Shown here one piece after another: positions 1 through 11,676 of a stretch of DNA of 41,381 nucleotides. A program made the translations under genes and the position numbers. How positions within the stretch are numbered: the first letter of the stretch is position 1; each line of letters begins with the position of its first letter. This DNA is from Malacoraja senta (Eukaryota): assembly GCA_038087875.1 (NCBI GenBank), contig JAXLNO010000396.1:124001-165381 (forward strand), in the 5' to 3' direction. The notes under the pieces were generated by a model. That model saw only the letters and a list, made by a program, of their open reading frames with translations, was not told the origin of the DNA and did no database searches.

Positions 1-3000
1 ATGCGACGAACCCTCAGGATGTGAAAAGCGATGAAAATGAAGCACGCAAAAGACAAGGAAAATTCAGCATGCAAAAAGGAACGAAAATTGAGCACGCGAA
101 ATGCGACAGAATTCAGCACGCGAAAAGTGACGAACCTTCAGGATGCAAAAAGTGTCGAAAATTCTGCATGTGAAAGGCGACGAAAATTCAGCATGCGAAA
201 ATTGATAAAAATTCAGCATGCGAAAAGCGACGAACGTTCAGGACACGAAAAGTGTAGAAAATTCAGCATTCGAAATGCGACGAACCCTCAGGATGTGAAA
301 AGCGATGAAAATGAAGCACGCAAAAGGCGAGGAAAATTCAGCATGCGAAAAGGAACGAAAATTGAGCACGCATAAAGCGACGAAATTTCAGGTCGTGAAA
401 AGCGACGATATTTCACCACGCGAAAAGCAACAAAATTTTAACCTGTGAAAGGCGATGAAAATTCAGCACAGTAAAAGTGACGAACCTTCAGGACGCGAAA
501 AGCGACGAAAATTCAGCATGCGAAATGTGATGAAAATTCCGCACACGTAAAGTGACGACATTTCAGAACATAAAAAGCGACGAACATTCAGCACGCGAAA
601 AGTGACAAAATTACAGAACATGAAAAGCGACGAAAATTCAGCAAGCGAAAAGCGACCAAAATTCAGTATGCGAACATTGACAAACCTTCAGGACGCGAAA
701 AGCAACGAAAATTCAGTATGCGAAAATGACGATATTTCAGAACATGAAAAGCGACGAAAATTCAGCACGCGAAAAGCGACGAAAATTCAGCATGCGAAAA
801 TCAACAAAAATTCAGCACGCATAAAGCGACGAAATTTCAGGACGTGAAAACGACGAAATTGCTGCACACGAAATGTGACAAAATTCAGCACGCGAAAAGT
901 GACGAACCTTCAGGATGCAAAATGTTACGAAAATTCTGCATGCGACATGCGACGAAAATTCAGCATGCGAAAATCGACAAAAATTCAGCATGCGAAAAGC
1001 GACGAACGTTCAGGACACGAAAAGTGAAGAAAATTCAGCATACGAAAAGCGACGAACCCTCAGGATGTGAAAAGCGATGAAAATGAAGCACGTGAAAAGT
1101 GACGAAAATGATGCTCGCGAAAAGCAACAAAAATTCAGCATGCGAAAAGTGACGAACCTTCAGGACGCGAAAGGCGACGAAATTTCAAAATGCCAAAGGC
1201 GACGTAAATTCAAGATACGAAAAGCGACAACATTTCAGGACATGAAAAGCGACAACATTTCGGCACATGAAAAGTGACGAAACTTCAGGACGCGAAAAGC
1301 GATGAAAATTCAGCACGCGGAAAGTGACGAACCAGGAAATGAAAAGCTACAACAATTCAGCACGTGAAAAGCGACGAACCTTCACGACGTGAAAAGCGAT
1401 GAAAATTCATCATGCAAAATGTGACGGAATTTCAGAACGTGAAAAGCGACAATAATTCAGCACGTGAAAAACGACGATCCTTCACGATACGAAAAGCGTC
1501 GAAAATTCAGCACGCGAAAAGAGAGGAATCATCAGGACGCGAAAAGTGATGAAAATGAAGCACGCGATAACCAACGAGAATTCAGCATGCGAAAAGTGAC
1601 GAAAATTAAGCATGCGAAAATCGACAAAAATTCAGCATGCGAAAAGCGACGAACGTTCAGGACACGAAAAGTGAAGAAAATTCAGCATGCGAAAAGCGAC
1701 GAACCCTCAGGATGTGAAAAGCGATGAAAATGAAGCACGCGAAAAGTGACGAAAATGATGCTCGCGAAAAGCAACAAAAATTCAGCATGCGAAAAGTGAC
1801 GAACCTTCAGGACGCGAAAGGCGACGAAATTTCAAAATGTCAAAAGCGACGTAAATTCAAGATACGAAAAGCGACAACATTTCAGGACATGAAAAGCGAC
1901 AACATTTCGGCACATGAAAAGTGACGAAACTTCAGGATGCAAAAAGCGATGAAAATTCAGCACGCGGAAAGTGACGAACCAGGAAATGAAAAGCTACAAC
2001 AATTCAGCACGTGAAAAGCGACGAACCTTCACGACGTGAAAAGCGACGAAAATTCAGCATGCAAAATGTGACAACATTTCAGAACGTGAAAAGCGACAAT
2101 AATTCAGCACGTGAAAAGCGACGATCCTTCAGGATAGGAAAAGCGTCGAAAATTCAGCACGCGAAAACAGAGGAATCATCAGGATGCGAAAAGTGATGAA
2201 AATGAAGCACGCGATAACCAACGAGAATTCAGCATGCGAAGTGACGAAAATTAAGCATGTGAAAAACGACGAAAATTCACCACGCGAAAAGTGAAGACAT
2301 TTCAGAACCCGAAAAGCGCCGAAAATTCAGCACACGAAAAGCGATGAAAATGCAGCATGCGAAAAAGCACACAAATTCAGCACGCGAAAAGCCACGAAAA
2401 TTCACCATGCGAAAATCGACGAGCCTTCAGGACGAGAAAAGCGACGAAAATTCAGCACGCGGAAAGTGACGAACCAGGATGCGAAAAGCAATGAAAATGA
2501 AGCACGCAAAAGGCGAGGAAAATTCAGCATACGAAAAGGAACGAAAATTCAGCACGCATAAAGCGATGAAATTTCAGGTCGTGAAAAGCGACGAAATTTC
2601 AGCATGTGAAAAGCAACAAAATTTCAGCCTGTGAAAATTCAGCACAGTAAAAGTGACGAACCTTCAGGACGCGAAAAGCGACGAAAATTCAGCATGTGAA
2701 TTGTGATGAGAATTCAGCACACGTAAAGTGACGACATTTCAGAACTTGAAAAGCGACGAAAATTCATCACGCGAAAAGCGACGAAATTTCAGCATGCGAA
2801 AAGTGACGAAAATTCAGCATGCGAAATGCGACGAACTTTCAGGATGCGAAAAGCGACGGAAATTCAGCACGCAAAAAGTGACAACATTTCAGAACATAAA
2901 AATCGACGAACATTCAGCACGTGAAAAGTGACGAAATTACAGAACATGAAAAGCGACGAAAATTCAGCACGCGAAAAGCGACGAAAGTTCAGCATGCGAA

Positions 3001-4745
3001 AAGCAACGAAAATTCAGCACGCATAAAGCGACGAAATTTCAGGACGTGAAATGCGACGAAATTTCTGCACGCGAAATGCGACAAAATTCAGCAGGCGAAA
3101 AGTGACGAATTTCAGGATGCAAAAAGTGACGAAAATTATGCATGCGAAAGGCGACGAAAATTCAGCATGCGAAAATCGACGAAAATTCAGCATGCAAAAA
3201 GTGACGAACCCTCAGGATGTGAAAAGCGATGAAAATGAAACATGCGAAAAGTGACGAAAATTATGCAAGCGAAAAGCGACAAAATTTAGCATGCGAAAAG
3301 TGACGAACCTTCAGGACGCGAACGGTGACGAAATTTCAAAATGCCAAGAGCAACGTAAATTCAAGATATGAAAAGCGACAACAGTTCAGGACATGAAAAG
3401 CGACAAAATTTCGGCACATGAAAAGTGACGAAATTTCAGGACACGAAAAGCGATGAAAATTCAGCATGCGAAAAGTGACGAACAAGGAAATGAAAAGCGA
3501 CAACAATTCAGCACGTGAAAAGCGAAGAAAATACAGCACGCAAAATGAGACGAAATTTCTGAACGTGAAAAGCGACATTAATTCAGCATGTGAAAAGTGA
3601 CGATCAGGATACGAAAAGCGTCGAAAATACAGCACGCGAAAAGAGAGGAATCTTCAGGATGCGAAAAGTTATGAAAATGAAGCATGCGATAACCAACGAG
3701 AATTCAGCACGCAAAAAGTAACGAAAATTCAGCACGCGAAAAGCAACAAACCTTCAGGACGCGAAAGTGATGGAAATTTCGCTCGCGAAATCTAACGAAA
3801 ATTAAACACGCAAAAAGCGACGAAAATTCACCATGCGAAAATTGACGAAAATTCAACATGCGAAAAGCGACGAACATTCAGCATGTGAAAAGTGACGAAA
3901 ATTAAGCATGCGAAAAGCGAAGAAATCTTCAGGACGAGAAAAGCGAGGAAAATGAAGCACGTGAAAACCAACGATAATTCAGCACGTGAAAAGTGACAAA
4001 AATTCAACACGCGAAAAGCGACCAAATTTCCGGACGTGAAAAGCGACGAAAATTCAGCACGGAAATGTGACAAAAATTCAACACGCGAAAAGCGACCAAA
4101 TTTCCGGACGTGAAAAGCGACAAAAATTCAGCACGGAAATGTGACAACATTTCAGAACGTGAAAAGTGATGAAAATTCAACACATGAAAAGTGACAAAAA
4201 TTCAGCACGTGAAAAGCGACGTAAATTCATGACGCGAAAAACGGCGAAAATTCAGCATTCAAAAAGTGACAACATTTCATAACGTGAAAAGCGACGAAAA
4301 TTTAGCACGTGAAAAGCTACGAAAATTCAGCATTCGAAAAAGCAACAAAAATTCAGCACGTGAAAAGCGACGTAAATTCAGGACGCGAAAAGCGACGAAA
4401 CATCAGGACGCATAAAGCAACGAAATTTCAGGAGGTGAAAGGTGACGAAATTTCAGGACATGAAAGGCAACAAAATTTCAGCACGCAAAAAGTGACAAAA
4501 ATTCAGAACGTGAAAAGTGACGAAAATTCAGGCTGTGAAAAGCGATGAAAATTCAGCAAGTGAAAAGTGACGAACCTTCAGGACGCGAAAAGCGACGATA
4601 ATTCAGCACGCGAAAAGTGACGAAAATTCAGCACGCAAAAAGCGACGAATATTCAGCAAGCGAAATGTGATGAAATTTCAGAACGTGAAAAACGATGGAA
4701 ATTCAGCGCGCAAAAAGCGACGAAAATTCAGCACGTGAAAAGTGC
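1..4745. repeat. 25-bp CpG-rich tandem satellite, consensus ~GAAAAGCGACGAAAATTCAGCACGC
   Basis: Continuous diverged 25-nt units; runs off the left edge of the window. The ORFs listed here are translations of the repeat. Confidence 0.97.
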
Positions 4746-4784
4746 AGACTTTATTTTTTAAATCTCAAAATTTTGTAACATCGC

Positions 4785-5625
4785 TATAACTAGGTAGCTG
4801 GCTATATGGCTACATACTGGATAGTTAGGTAGATAGCAAGACTAAGCTACATATTGGATAGCTAGGTAGCTAGCTAGAGTGATCCACATACTGGATAGCT
4901 AGGTAGCTAGCTAGATTGAGCTACATACTTGGATAGCTAGATAGATAGCTAGACTGAGCAACAAACTGGATAGCTAGGTATATAGCTAGACTGAGCAACA
5001 TACTGGAAAACTAGGTAGCTAGATGGCTACATATAGGGGAGGGTGCCTAGAAATAGGGGGGGGGGGAGTTAGGGAAGGGCACCGGTAAATGTGGATTTAG
5101 GGTAGGGCATGTAAATGGGAGGGGTATTTAGGGGAGGGCACCTATAAATGGTGAATTAGGAGGGCATTTGTAAATTTAGGGTAGCTTTAGGGGAGAGAAC
5201 GTGCAAAGGAGCAATACAATATCAGCAACTACAACTGAAGATTTACAACAACACCTGGTGTGTTGTTACACCAATCCACGTAACAATCTCATATAGTTAT
5301 TTCCCCCTCATTAATTTATTCTCACGTGTACCGAGGTACAGTGAAAAGTTTTAGTCGCGTGCTAACCAGTTAGCAGAAAGACAAAACATGATCACAATTG
5401 AGCCAGCTTGATGGCTACATCCTGTATAACTAGGTAGATAGCTAGATGGCTAAATATTGGATAGTTAAGTCGATAGCAAGACTGAGCTACATACTGGATA
5501 GCTAGGTAGCTAGATAGAGTGATCTACATACTGGAGAGCTAGGTAGCTACCGAGGCTGAGCTACCAACTGGTTAACTAGGTAGCTAGCTATATGGCTACA
5601 GACTGGGTAGCTAGCTACATACTGG
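4785..5625 (+). repeat. 37-bp TAGCTA-rich satellite (CTGGATAGCTAGGTAGCTAGCTAGACTGAGCTACATA), interrupted ~5035-5405
   Basis: Tandem ~37-nt units at 4785-5035 and 5405-5625; reverse complement of the array at 33985-35005. Confidence 0.9.
5035..5200 (+). repeat. G-rich degenerate repeat containing five TTAGGG
   Basis: TTAGGG at 5069, 5097, 5128, 5176 and 5187; recurring TTAGGG(G)AGGGCA..TAAAT motif. Confidence 0.6.
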
Positions 5626-5647
5626 CGTTTCATAGTTACAAACAACT

Positions 5648-6030
5648 GAATTGGAAGAATAGCACCTTTTCTTTCGCTTGGGCAGCTTACACCCCAGCGG
5701 TATGAACATTGACTTCTCTAACCTCAAGTAACCCTTGCTTTCCCAATCTCTGTTCCTCCCCCACTTTATTGTTCTGCTAGTTTCCCTAGTTGTATCTGAT
5801 CCATGACCAGCAATAGACCATTGTGGGCTCCTCCTTTCCTGGGCCATCGTTTCGGCCTGATTTGTTCTGTACCTTCCCATACCTCTCGTTTCCCTTTCAC
5901 CTGCCTCTCAGTCTGAAGAAGGATCTCGACCCAAAATGTCACCATTACTCCAGATATGCTGCCTGCCCCGCTGGGTTACTCCAGCTTTTGTGTCTATCTT
6001 CGATGTAAACCAGCATCTGCTGTTCCTTCC
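5648..6030 (+). mobile_element. Penelope-like element 3' fragment (ORF end plus terminal region)
   Basis: Translates ...HLFFRLGSLHPSGMNIDFSNLK*, matching the C-terminus of the GIY-YIG copy at 12258-12760; followed by CTGAAGAAGGATCTCGACCCAAAATGTC. Confidence 0.75.
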
Positions 6031-6164
6031 TCGGTGCGGATTCGGAGGGCGGAAGGGCCTGTCTCCGCACTGTATCTCGAAATTTAACTTAAACAATCAA
6101 CATTGATTTCCAGCTGATTTATTTACATTATATACATAAATTGGCTTGGCATAACAGTTTAAAT

Positions 6165-6900
6165 TGTCTCTCTTCTGCGATCATCGGCGGTCACTCGAAA
6201 CTAGTATGACTGTCCTCTCCATAGGGTGTCCACTTGTGGGTCTGCAGACGACTGTAAAGGCCGATCCGCGATCAACACACCTTGGTGCAACGTGGGCAGT
6301 GGAGTGGCGGCAGTTGGTAGTTGTCGAGCCTCCTTCTCTGTCTCCTTACGCTGCTGTCGCTTTGTCTCTGCGACACGGCATGGTTCGATTTCCTGAACTG
6401 CAGCTCATTCCTGCAAGGACTTCCTCCAGGAGTGCATATCTTGTGCAATGCACTCCCAGTTGCTTGATGTGATGTGGAATGTCTTCAGCCTGCTGTAGGT
6501 GGTCCATTACTGAACTCCATACAACAGGGTGTTAGAGGACAACGGCTCTGTAGACCAGCAGTTTTGTTTGAGCCTTTAGGTCTCGGTCTTCAAAGACGTT
6601 TCTCCTGAGATTGGCGTAGGCTCCGCTGGCACAACTCAGGCGATGGTTGACCTCAGAGACGACGTCAGCTTTTGTGGAAAGAATGCTGCCAAGGTTGGGG
6701 AAGTGGTCAACGTTTTCAAGAGTGGTGTCGTCCACTTTTAGACGGCTGGTTGGGTGGAGGTTGATGTGGGACCTGGGTCTAGGCCCATGGCTCTGTATGC
6801 CTTGGCAAAGGCATTCAGGATGCCCTGGAGGTCTTCTGCAGAGTGTGCTGCACTGGCGCAGTCGTCCGCGTGCAGAAGCTGACTTTGCTCATGGCCTTCA
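6165..6900 (-). mobile_element. RTE-clade LINE 3' fragment, degenerate
   Basis: Minus strand gives HADDCASAAHSAEDLQGILNAFAKAYRAMGL and LENVDHFPNLGSILS...RLSCASGAYANLRRNVF...TKLLVYRAVVL, typical of RTE RT and post-RT regions. Confidence 0.8.
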
Positions 6901-7075
6901 ACCTATTAATAGTGTTGATGTGCGGGGATCGTTGGTCAGTGCAGACTCGGTGGGCCTGTTTCCATGCTGTATCTCTAAACTAAACTAAATTATTAACAAT
7001 TATAAACTAAATTATTAACAGACTCAGCGGGAGAGGCAGCATCTCTGGCGAGAAGGAATGGGTGACATTTAGGGT

Positions 7076-7422
7076 CATGAAAAGCCACGAAAATTCAAGA
7101 CGTGAAAAGCCACAAAAATTCAAGACTTGAAAAGCGACAAAAATTCAAGACGTAAAAGGCAATGGCAATTCAAGACGTGAAAAGCCACGAATATTCAAGA
7201 CATGAAAATACACGAAAATTCAAGACGTGAAAACCCCCCACAAAAATTCAAGACTTGAAAAGCCACAAAATTCCAAGACTTGAAAATCAATTATTCAAGA
7301 CGTGAAAAGCCTCGAAAATTCAAGACGTTGAAAGCCACGAACATTCAAGACATGAAAAGACACGAAAATTCAAGACATCAAAAGCCACGAAAATTCAAGG
7401 CGTGAAAAGCCACGAAAATTCA
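7076..7422 (+). repeat. 25-bp satellite variant (GAAAAGCCACGAAAATTCAAGACGT), interrupted by CR1
   Basis: About 14 units; same period and scaffold as the 1-4745 array; resumes briefly at 11714-11752. Confidence 0.9.
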
Positions 7423-7519
7423 TAGATACATAGATACATAGAAAATAGGTGCAGGAGTAGGCCATTCGGCCCTTCGAGCCTGCACCGCCATTCAATATGA
7501 TCATGGCTGATCATCCAAC

Positions 7520-10500
7520 TCAGTATCCTGTACCTGCCTTCTCTCCATACCCCCTGATCCCTTTAGCCACAAGGGCCACATCTAACTCCCTCTTAAATAT
7601 AACCAATGAACTGGCCTCAACTACCCTCTGTGGCAGAGAGTTCCAGAGATTCACCACTCTCTGTGTGAAAAAGGTTTTCCTCATCTCGGTCTTAAAGGAT
7701 TTCCCCCTTATCTTTAAGCTGTGACCCCTTGTCCTGGACTTCCCCAACATCGGGAACAATCTTCCTGCATCTAGCCTGTCCAACCCCATAAGAATTTTGT
7801 ATGTTTCTATAAGATCCCCTCTCATTCTCCTAAATTCTAGCGAGTATAAGCCAAGTCTATCCAGTCTTTCTTCATATGAAAGTCCTGACATCCCAGGAAT
7901 CAGTCTGGTGAACCTTCTCTGCACTCCCTCTATGGCTATAATGTCCTTCCTCAGATTTGGAGACCAAAACTGTACGCAATACTCCAGGTGTCGTCTCACC
8001 AAGACCCTGTACAACTGCAGTAGAACCTCCATGCTCCTATACTCAAATCCTCTTGCTATGAAGGCCAACATACCATTCGCTTCCTTCACTGCCTGCTGCA
8101 CCTGCATGCCCACCTTCAATGACTGGTGTACCATGACACCCAGGTCTCGCTGCATCTCCCCATTTCCTAATCGGCCACCATTTAGATAATAGTCTGCCTT
8201 CCCGTTTTTGCCACCAAAGTGGATAACCTCACATTTATCCACATTATACTGCATCTGCCAAACATTTGCCCACTCACCCAGCCTATCCAAGTCACCTTGC
8301 AGTCTCCTAGCATCCTCCTCACAGCTAACACTGCCCCCCAGCTTAGTGTCATCCGCAAACTTGGAGATGTTGCTTTCAGTTCCCTCGTCCAGATCATTAA
8401 TATAAATTGTAAATAGCTGGGGTCCCAGCACTGAGCCTTGCGGTACCCCACTAGTCACTGCCTGCCATTGTGAAAAGGACCCGTTTACTCCTACTCTTTG
8501 CTTCCTGTTTGCCAGCCAGTTCTCTATCCACATCAATACTGAACCCCCAATACCGTGTGATTTAAGTTTGTATCCTAATCTCTTATGTGGTGCCTTGTCG
8601 AAAGCCTTCTGAAAGTCCAGATACAACACATCCACTGGTTCTCCACTATCCACTCTACTAGTTACATCCTCGAAAAATTCTATAAGATTCGTCAGACACG
8701 ATTTACCTTTCGTAAATCCATGCTGACTTTGTCCAATGATTTCACCACTTTCCAAATGTGCTGCTATCCCATCTTTAATAACTGACTCTAGCAGTTTCCC
8801 CACTACCGATGTTAGACTAACTGGTCTGTAATTCCCCGTTTTCTCTCTCCCTCCCTTCTTAAAAAGTGGGGTTACGTTTGCTACCCTCCAATCCTCAGGA
8901 ACTACTCCAGAATCTAAAGAGTTTTGAAAAATTATCACTAATGCATCCACTATTTCTGGAGCTACTTCCTTAAGTACTCTGGCATGCAGCCTATCTGGCC
9001 CTGTTGATTTATCGGCCTTTAATCCATTCAATTTACCCAACACCACTTCCCGACTAACCTGGATTTCACTCAGTTCCTCCATCTCCTTTGACCCGCGGCC
9101 CCCTGCTATTTCCGGCAGATTATTTATGTCTTCCTTAGTGAAGACGGAACCAAAGTAGTTATTCAATTGGTCCGCCATATCCTTGTTCCCCATGATCAAT
9201 TCACCTGTTTCTGACTGCAAGGGACCTACATTTGTTTTAACTAATCTCTTTCTCTTCACATATCTATAAAAACTTTTGCAGTCAGTTTTTATGTTCCCTG
9301 CCAGTTTCCTTTCATAACCTATTTTCCCTTTCCTAATTAAGCCCTTTGTCCTCCTCTGCTGGTTTCTGAATTTCTCCCAGTCCTCTGGTATGCTGCTTTT
9401 TCTGGCTAATTTGTACGCATCATCTTTTGCTTTGATACTATCCCTGATTTCCCTTGTTATCCACGGATGCACTACCTTCCCTGATTTATTCTTTTGCCAA
9501 ACTGGGATGAACATTTTTTGTAGTTCATCCATGCAGTCTTTAAATGCCTTCCATTGCATATCCACCGTCAACCCTTTTAGAACTGATTTCCAGTCAATCT
9601 TGGCCAATTCACGTCTCATACGCTCAAAGTTACCTTTCTTTAAGTTCAGAACCGTTGTTTCTGAATTAACAATGTCACTCTCCTTCCTAATGAAGAACTC
9701 AACCATATTATGGTCACTCTTGCCCAAGGGGGCACGCACAACAAGTCTGCTAACTAACCCTTCCTCATTACTCAATACCCAGTCTAGAATAGCCTGCTCT
9801 CTCGTTGGTTCCTCTACATGTTGGTTTAGATAACTATCCCTCATACATTCCAAGAAATCCTCTTCCTCAGCACCCCTGCCAATTTGGTTCACCCAATCTA
9901 TATGTAGATTGAAGTCACCCATTATAACTGTTTTGCCTTTGTTGCACGCATTTCTAATTTCCTGTTTGATGCCATCCCCAACTTCACTACTACTGCTAGG
10001 TGGCCTGTACACAACACCCACCAGTGTTTTCTGCCCCTTAGTGTTTCGTAGCTCTACCCATACCGATTCCACATCCTCCAAGCTAATGTCCTTCCTTTCC
10101 ACTGCGTTAATCTCTTCTCTAACCAGCAACGCTACCCCACCTCCTTTTCCTTTCTCTCTATCCCTCCTGAATATTGAATGTCCCTGGATGTTCATCTCCC
10201 AGCCTTGGTCACCCTGGAGCCATGTCTCCGTGATCCCAACTATATCATAATCATTAATTGCTATCTGCACGTTCAACTCATCGACCTTATTACGAATGCT
10301 CCTTGCATTGAGACACAAAGCCTTCAGGCTTGTTTTTACAACGCTCTTACCCCTTATACAATTATGTTGGAAAGTGGCTCTTTTTGATTTTTGCCCTGGA
10401 TTTGTCTGCCTGCCACTTTTACTTTTCACCTTGCTACCTATTGCTTCCGCCCGCATTTTGCACCCCTCTGTATCTCTGCTCACCCATTTAAGAACCCCAC

Positions 10501-10819
10501 CACCTCTTATTCTCTGTTTATTATTGTTTTCTTCTTTCCCCCCTACATGTTGGGTCAGAGTGCTTTCCTTCTCTGCCTCCTGCCTCACACACTGTCTAAT
10601 AGCATTCTCTATTTGAGTCCCTCCCCCCAACCATTCTAGTTTAAAGTCTCCCCAGTAGCCTTTGCAGATCTCCCCGCCAGGATATCGGTCTCCCTCAGGT
10701 TCAATTGCAACCCGTCCTTTTTGTACAGGTGGAACCTTCCACAAAAGAGGTCCCAATGATCCAGAAATTTGAATCCCTGCCTTCTGCACCAGTCCTTCAG
10801 CCACGCATTTATCCTCCAC
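7520..10819 (-). CDS. CR1 ORF2: AP endonuclease plus reverse transcriptase (open frame; true start uncertain)
   Basis: 1099-aa ORF with NARSIRNK, GITETW, MGDFN, SDH (APE) and [33 protein letters not shown] (RT). Confidence 0.95.
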   Translation of the reverse strand: MEDKCVAEGLVQKAGIQISGSLGPLLWKVPPVQKGRVAIEPEGDRYPGGEICKGYWGDFKLEWLGGGTQIENAIRQCVRQEAEKESTLTQHVGGKEENNNKQRIRGGGVLKWVSRDTEGCKMRAEAIGSKVKSKSGRQTNPGQKSKRATFQHNCIRGKSVVKTSLKALCLNARSIRNKVDELNVQIAINDYDIVGITETWLQGDQGWEMNIQGHSIFRRDREKGKGGGVALLVREEINAVERKDISLEDVESVWVELRNTKGQKTLVGVVYRPPSSSSEVGDGIKQEIRNACNKGKTVIMGDFNLHIDWVNQIGRGAEEEDFLECMRDSYLNQHVEEPTREQAILDWVLSNEEGLVSRLVVRAPLGKSDHNMVEFFIRKESDIVNSETTVLNLKKGNFERMRRELAKIDWKSVLKGLTVDMQWKAFKDCMDELQKMFIPVWQKNKSGKVVHPWITREIRDSIKAKDDAYKLARKSSIPEDWEKFRNQQRRTKGLIRKGKIGYERKLAGNIKTDCKSFYRYVKRKRLVKTNVGPLQSETGELIMGNKDMADQLNNYFGSVFTKEDINNLPEIAGGRGSKEMEELSEIQVSREVVLGKLNGLKADKSTGPDRLHARVLKEVAPEIVDALVIIFQNSLDSGVVPEDWRVANVTPLFKKGGREKTGNYRPVSLTSVVGKLLESVIKDGIAAHLESGEIIGQSQHGFTKGKSCLTNLIEFFEDVTSRVDSGEPVDVLYLDFQKAFDKAPHKRLGYKLKSHGIGGSVLMWIENWLANRKQRVGVNGSFSQWQAVTSGVPQGSVLGPQLFTIYINDLDEGTESNISKFADDTKLGGSVSCEEDARRLQGDLDRLGEWANVWQMQYNVDKCEVIHFGGKNGKADYYLNGGRLGNGEMQRDLGVMVHQSLKVGMQVQQAVKEANGMLAFIARGFEYRSMEVLLQLYRVLVRRHLEYCVQFWSPNLRKDIIAIEGVQRRFTRLIPGMSGLSYEERLDRLGLYSLEFRRMRGDLIETYKILMGLDRLDAGRLFPMLGKSRTRGHSLKIRGKSFKTEMRKTFFTQRVVNLWNSLPQRVVEASSLVIFKRELDVALVAKGIRGYGEKAGTGY

Positions 10820-11597
10820 CTCGCTCCATTCCTACTCTCACTGTCGCGTGGCACAGGCAGTAATCCCGAGATTGTTACCTTTGCTGTCCTTCTCTTTAAC
10901 TCCCCTCCTAACTCCCTAAATTCTCCTTTCAGGACCTCTTCTCTTTTTTTACCTATGTCATTGGTACCTATATGTATCACGACTTCGGACTCCTCTCCCT
11001 GCCCTTTCAGGATGTCTTGGACACGTTGAGACACATCACAGACCCTGGCACCAGGGAGGCAAACTACCATCCGGGTCTCCCGACTGCGTCCACAGAATCG
11101 CCTGTCTGACCCCCTAACTATAGTCCCCTATTAATATTGCCCTCCTCTTCTTTTCCTTACCCTTCTGAGCAACAGGACCGGTCTCTATACCGGAGGCCCG
11201 GCCGCTGTCGCTACCCCCAGGTAGGCTGTCCACCCCAACAGTGCTCAAACAGGAGTACTTATTGTCAAGGTGTACAGCCACCGGGGGTACTCTCTAGTCC
11301 CTGCCTGTGCCCCTTGCCTCTCCCAACCGTGATCAACTTGCCTGCCTCCTGTGGTGTTGGAGTGCCCACATCCCTGTAACTCCTCTCAATGACTTCCTCG
11401 CTCTCCCTGACCAGACGGAGGTCATCGAGCTGCTGCTCCAGGTTCCTAATACGGTCCATTAGGAGCCCCATCTCGATACACCTGGCGCAGATGTGGACGT
11501 CTGGAGGGCTATCAGACTCCATGACTTCCCACATCTGACATCCAGAACAGTAAACTGCCTTGGCCCTCATACTCCCCTTACCCTGGATAGAATACAA
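10636..11597 (-). pseudogene. CR1 ORF1 (Cys-rich/coiled-coil N-terminus plus SGNH esterase-like domain), frameshifted
   Basis: 11265-11597 has CSGC...CARC and a leucine-rich helix; 10636-11070 has CLPGA, HIGTND, ISGLLP, DGLQLN; the frame is broken between them, including at the GD(S) motif near 11121. Confidence 0.85.
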
Positions 11598-11676
11598 AAC
11601 AAACTGCTACAATACAAAACAAACTGCTACAATACAAAACAAACTGATACAATACAAAACAAACTGCTACAATACA
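11589..11676. repeat. 20-bp tandem repeat x4 (AATACAAAACAAACTGCTAC) near the CR1 5' end
   Basis: Four near-identical units visible directly. Confidence 0.9.

Noticed and set aside
31..4548. Many short K/R-rich ORFs
   Set aside because: They are translations of the 25-bp satellite; the period is not a multiple of 3 and there are no domains.
1..4745. CRISPR-like regular repeats
   Set aside because: Units are head-to-tail with no unique spacers, no cas genes are present and the context is eukaryotic.
7497..10639. Plus-strand ORFs overlapping CR1 ORF2 (and minus-strand ones over 15092-17854)
   Set aside because: Antisense shadows of the LINE coding frame.
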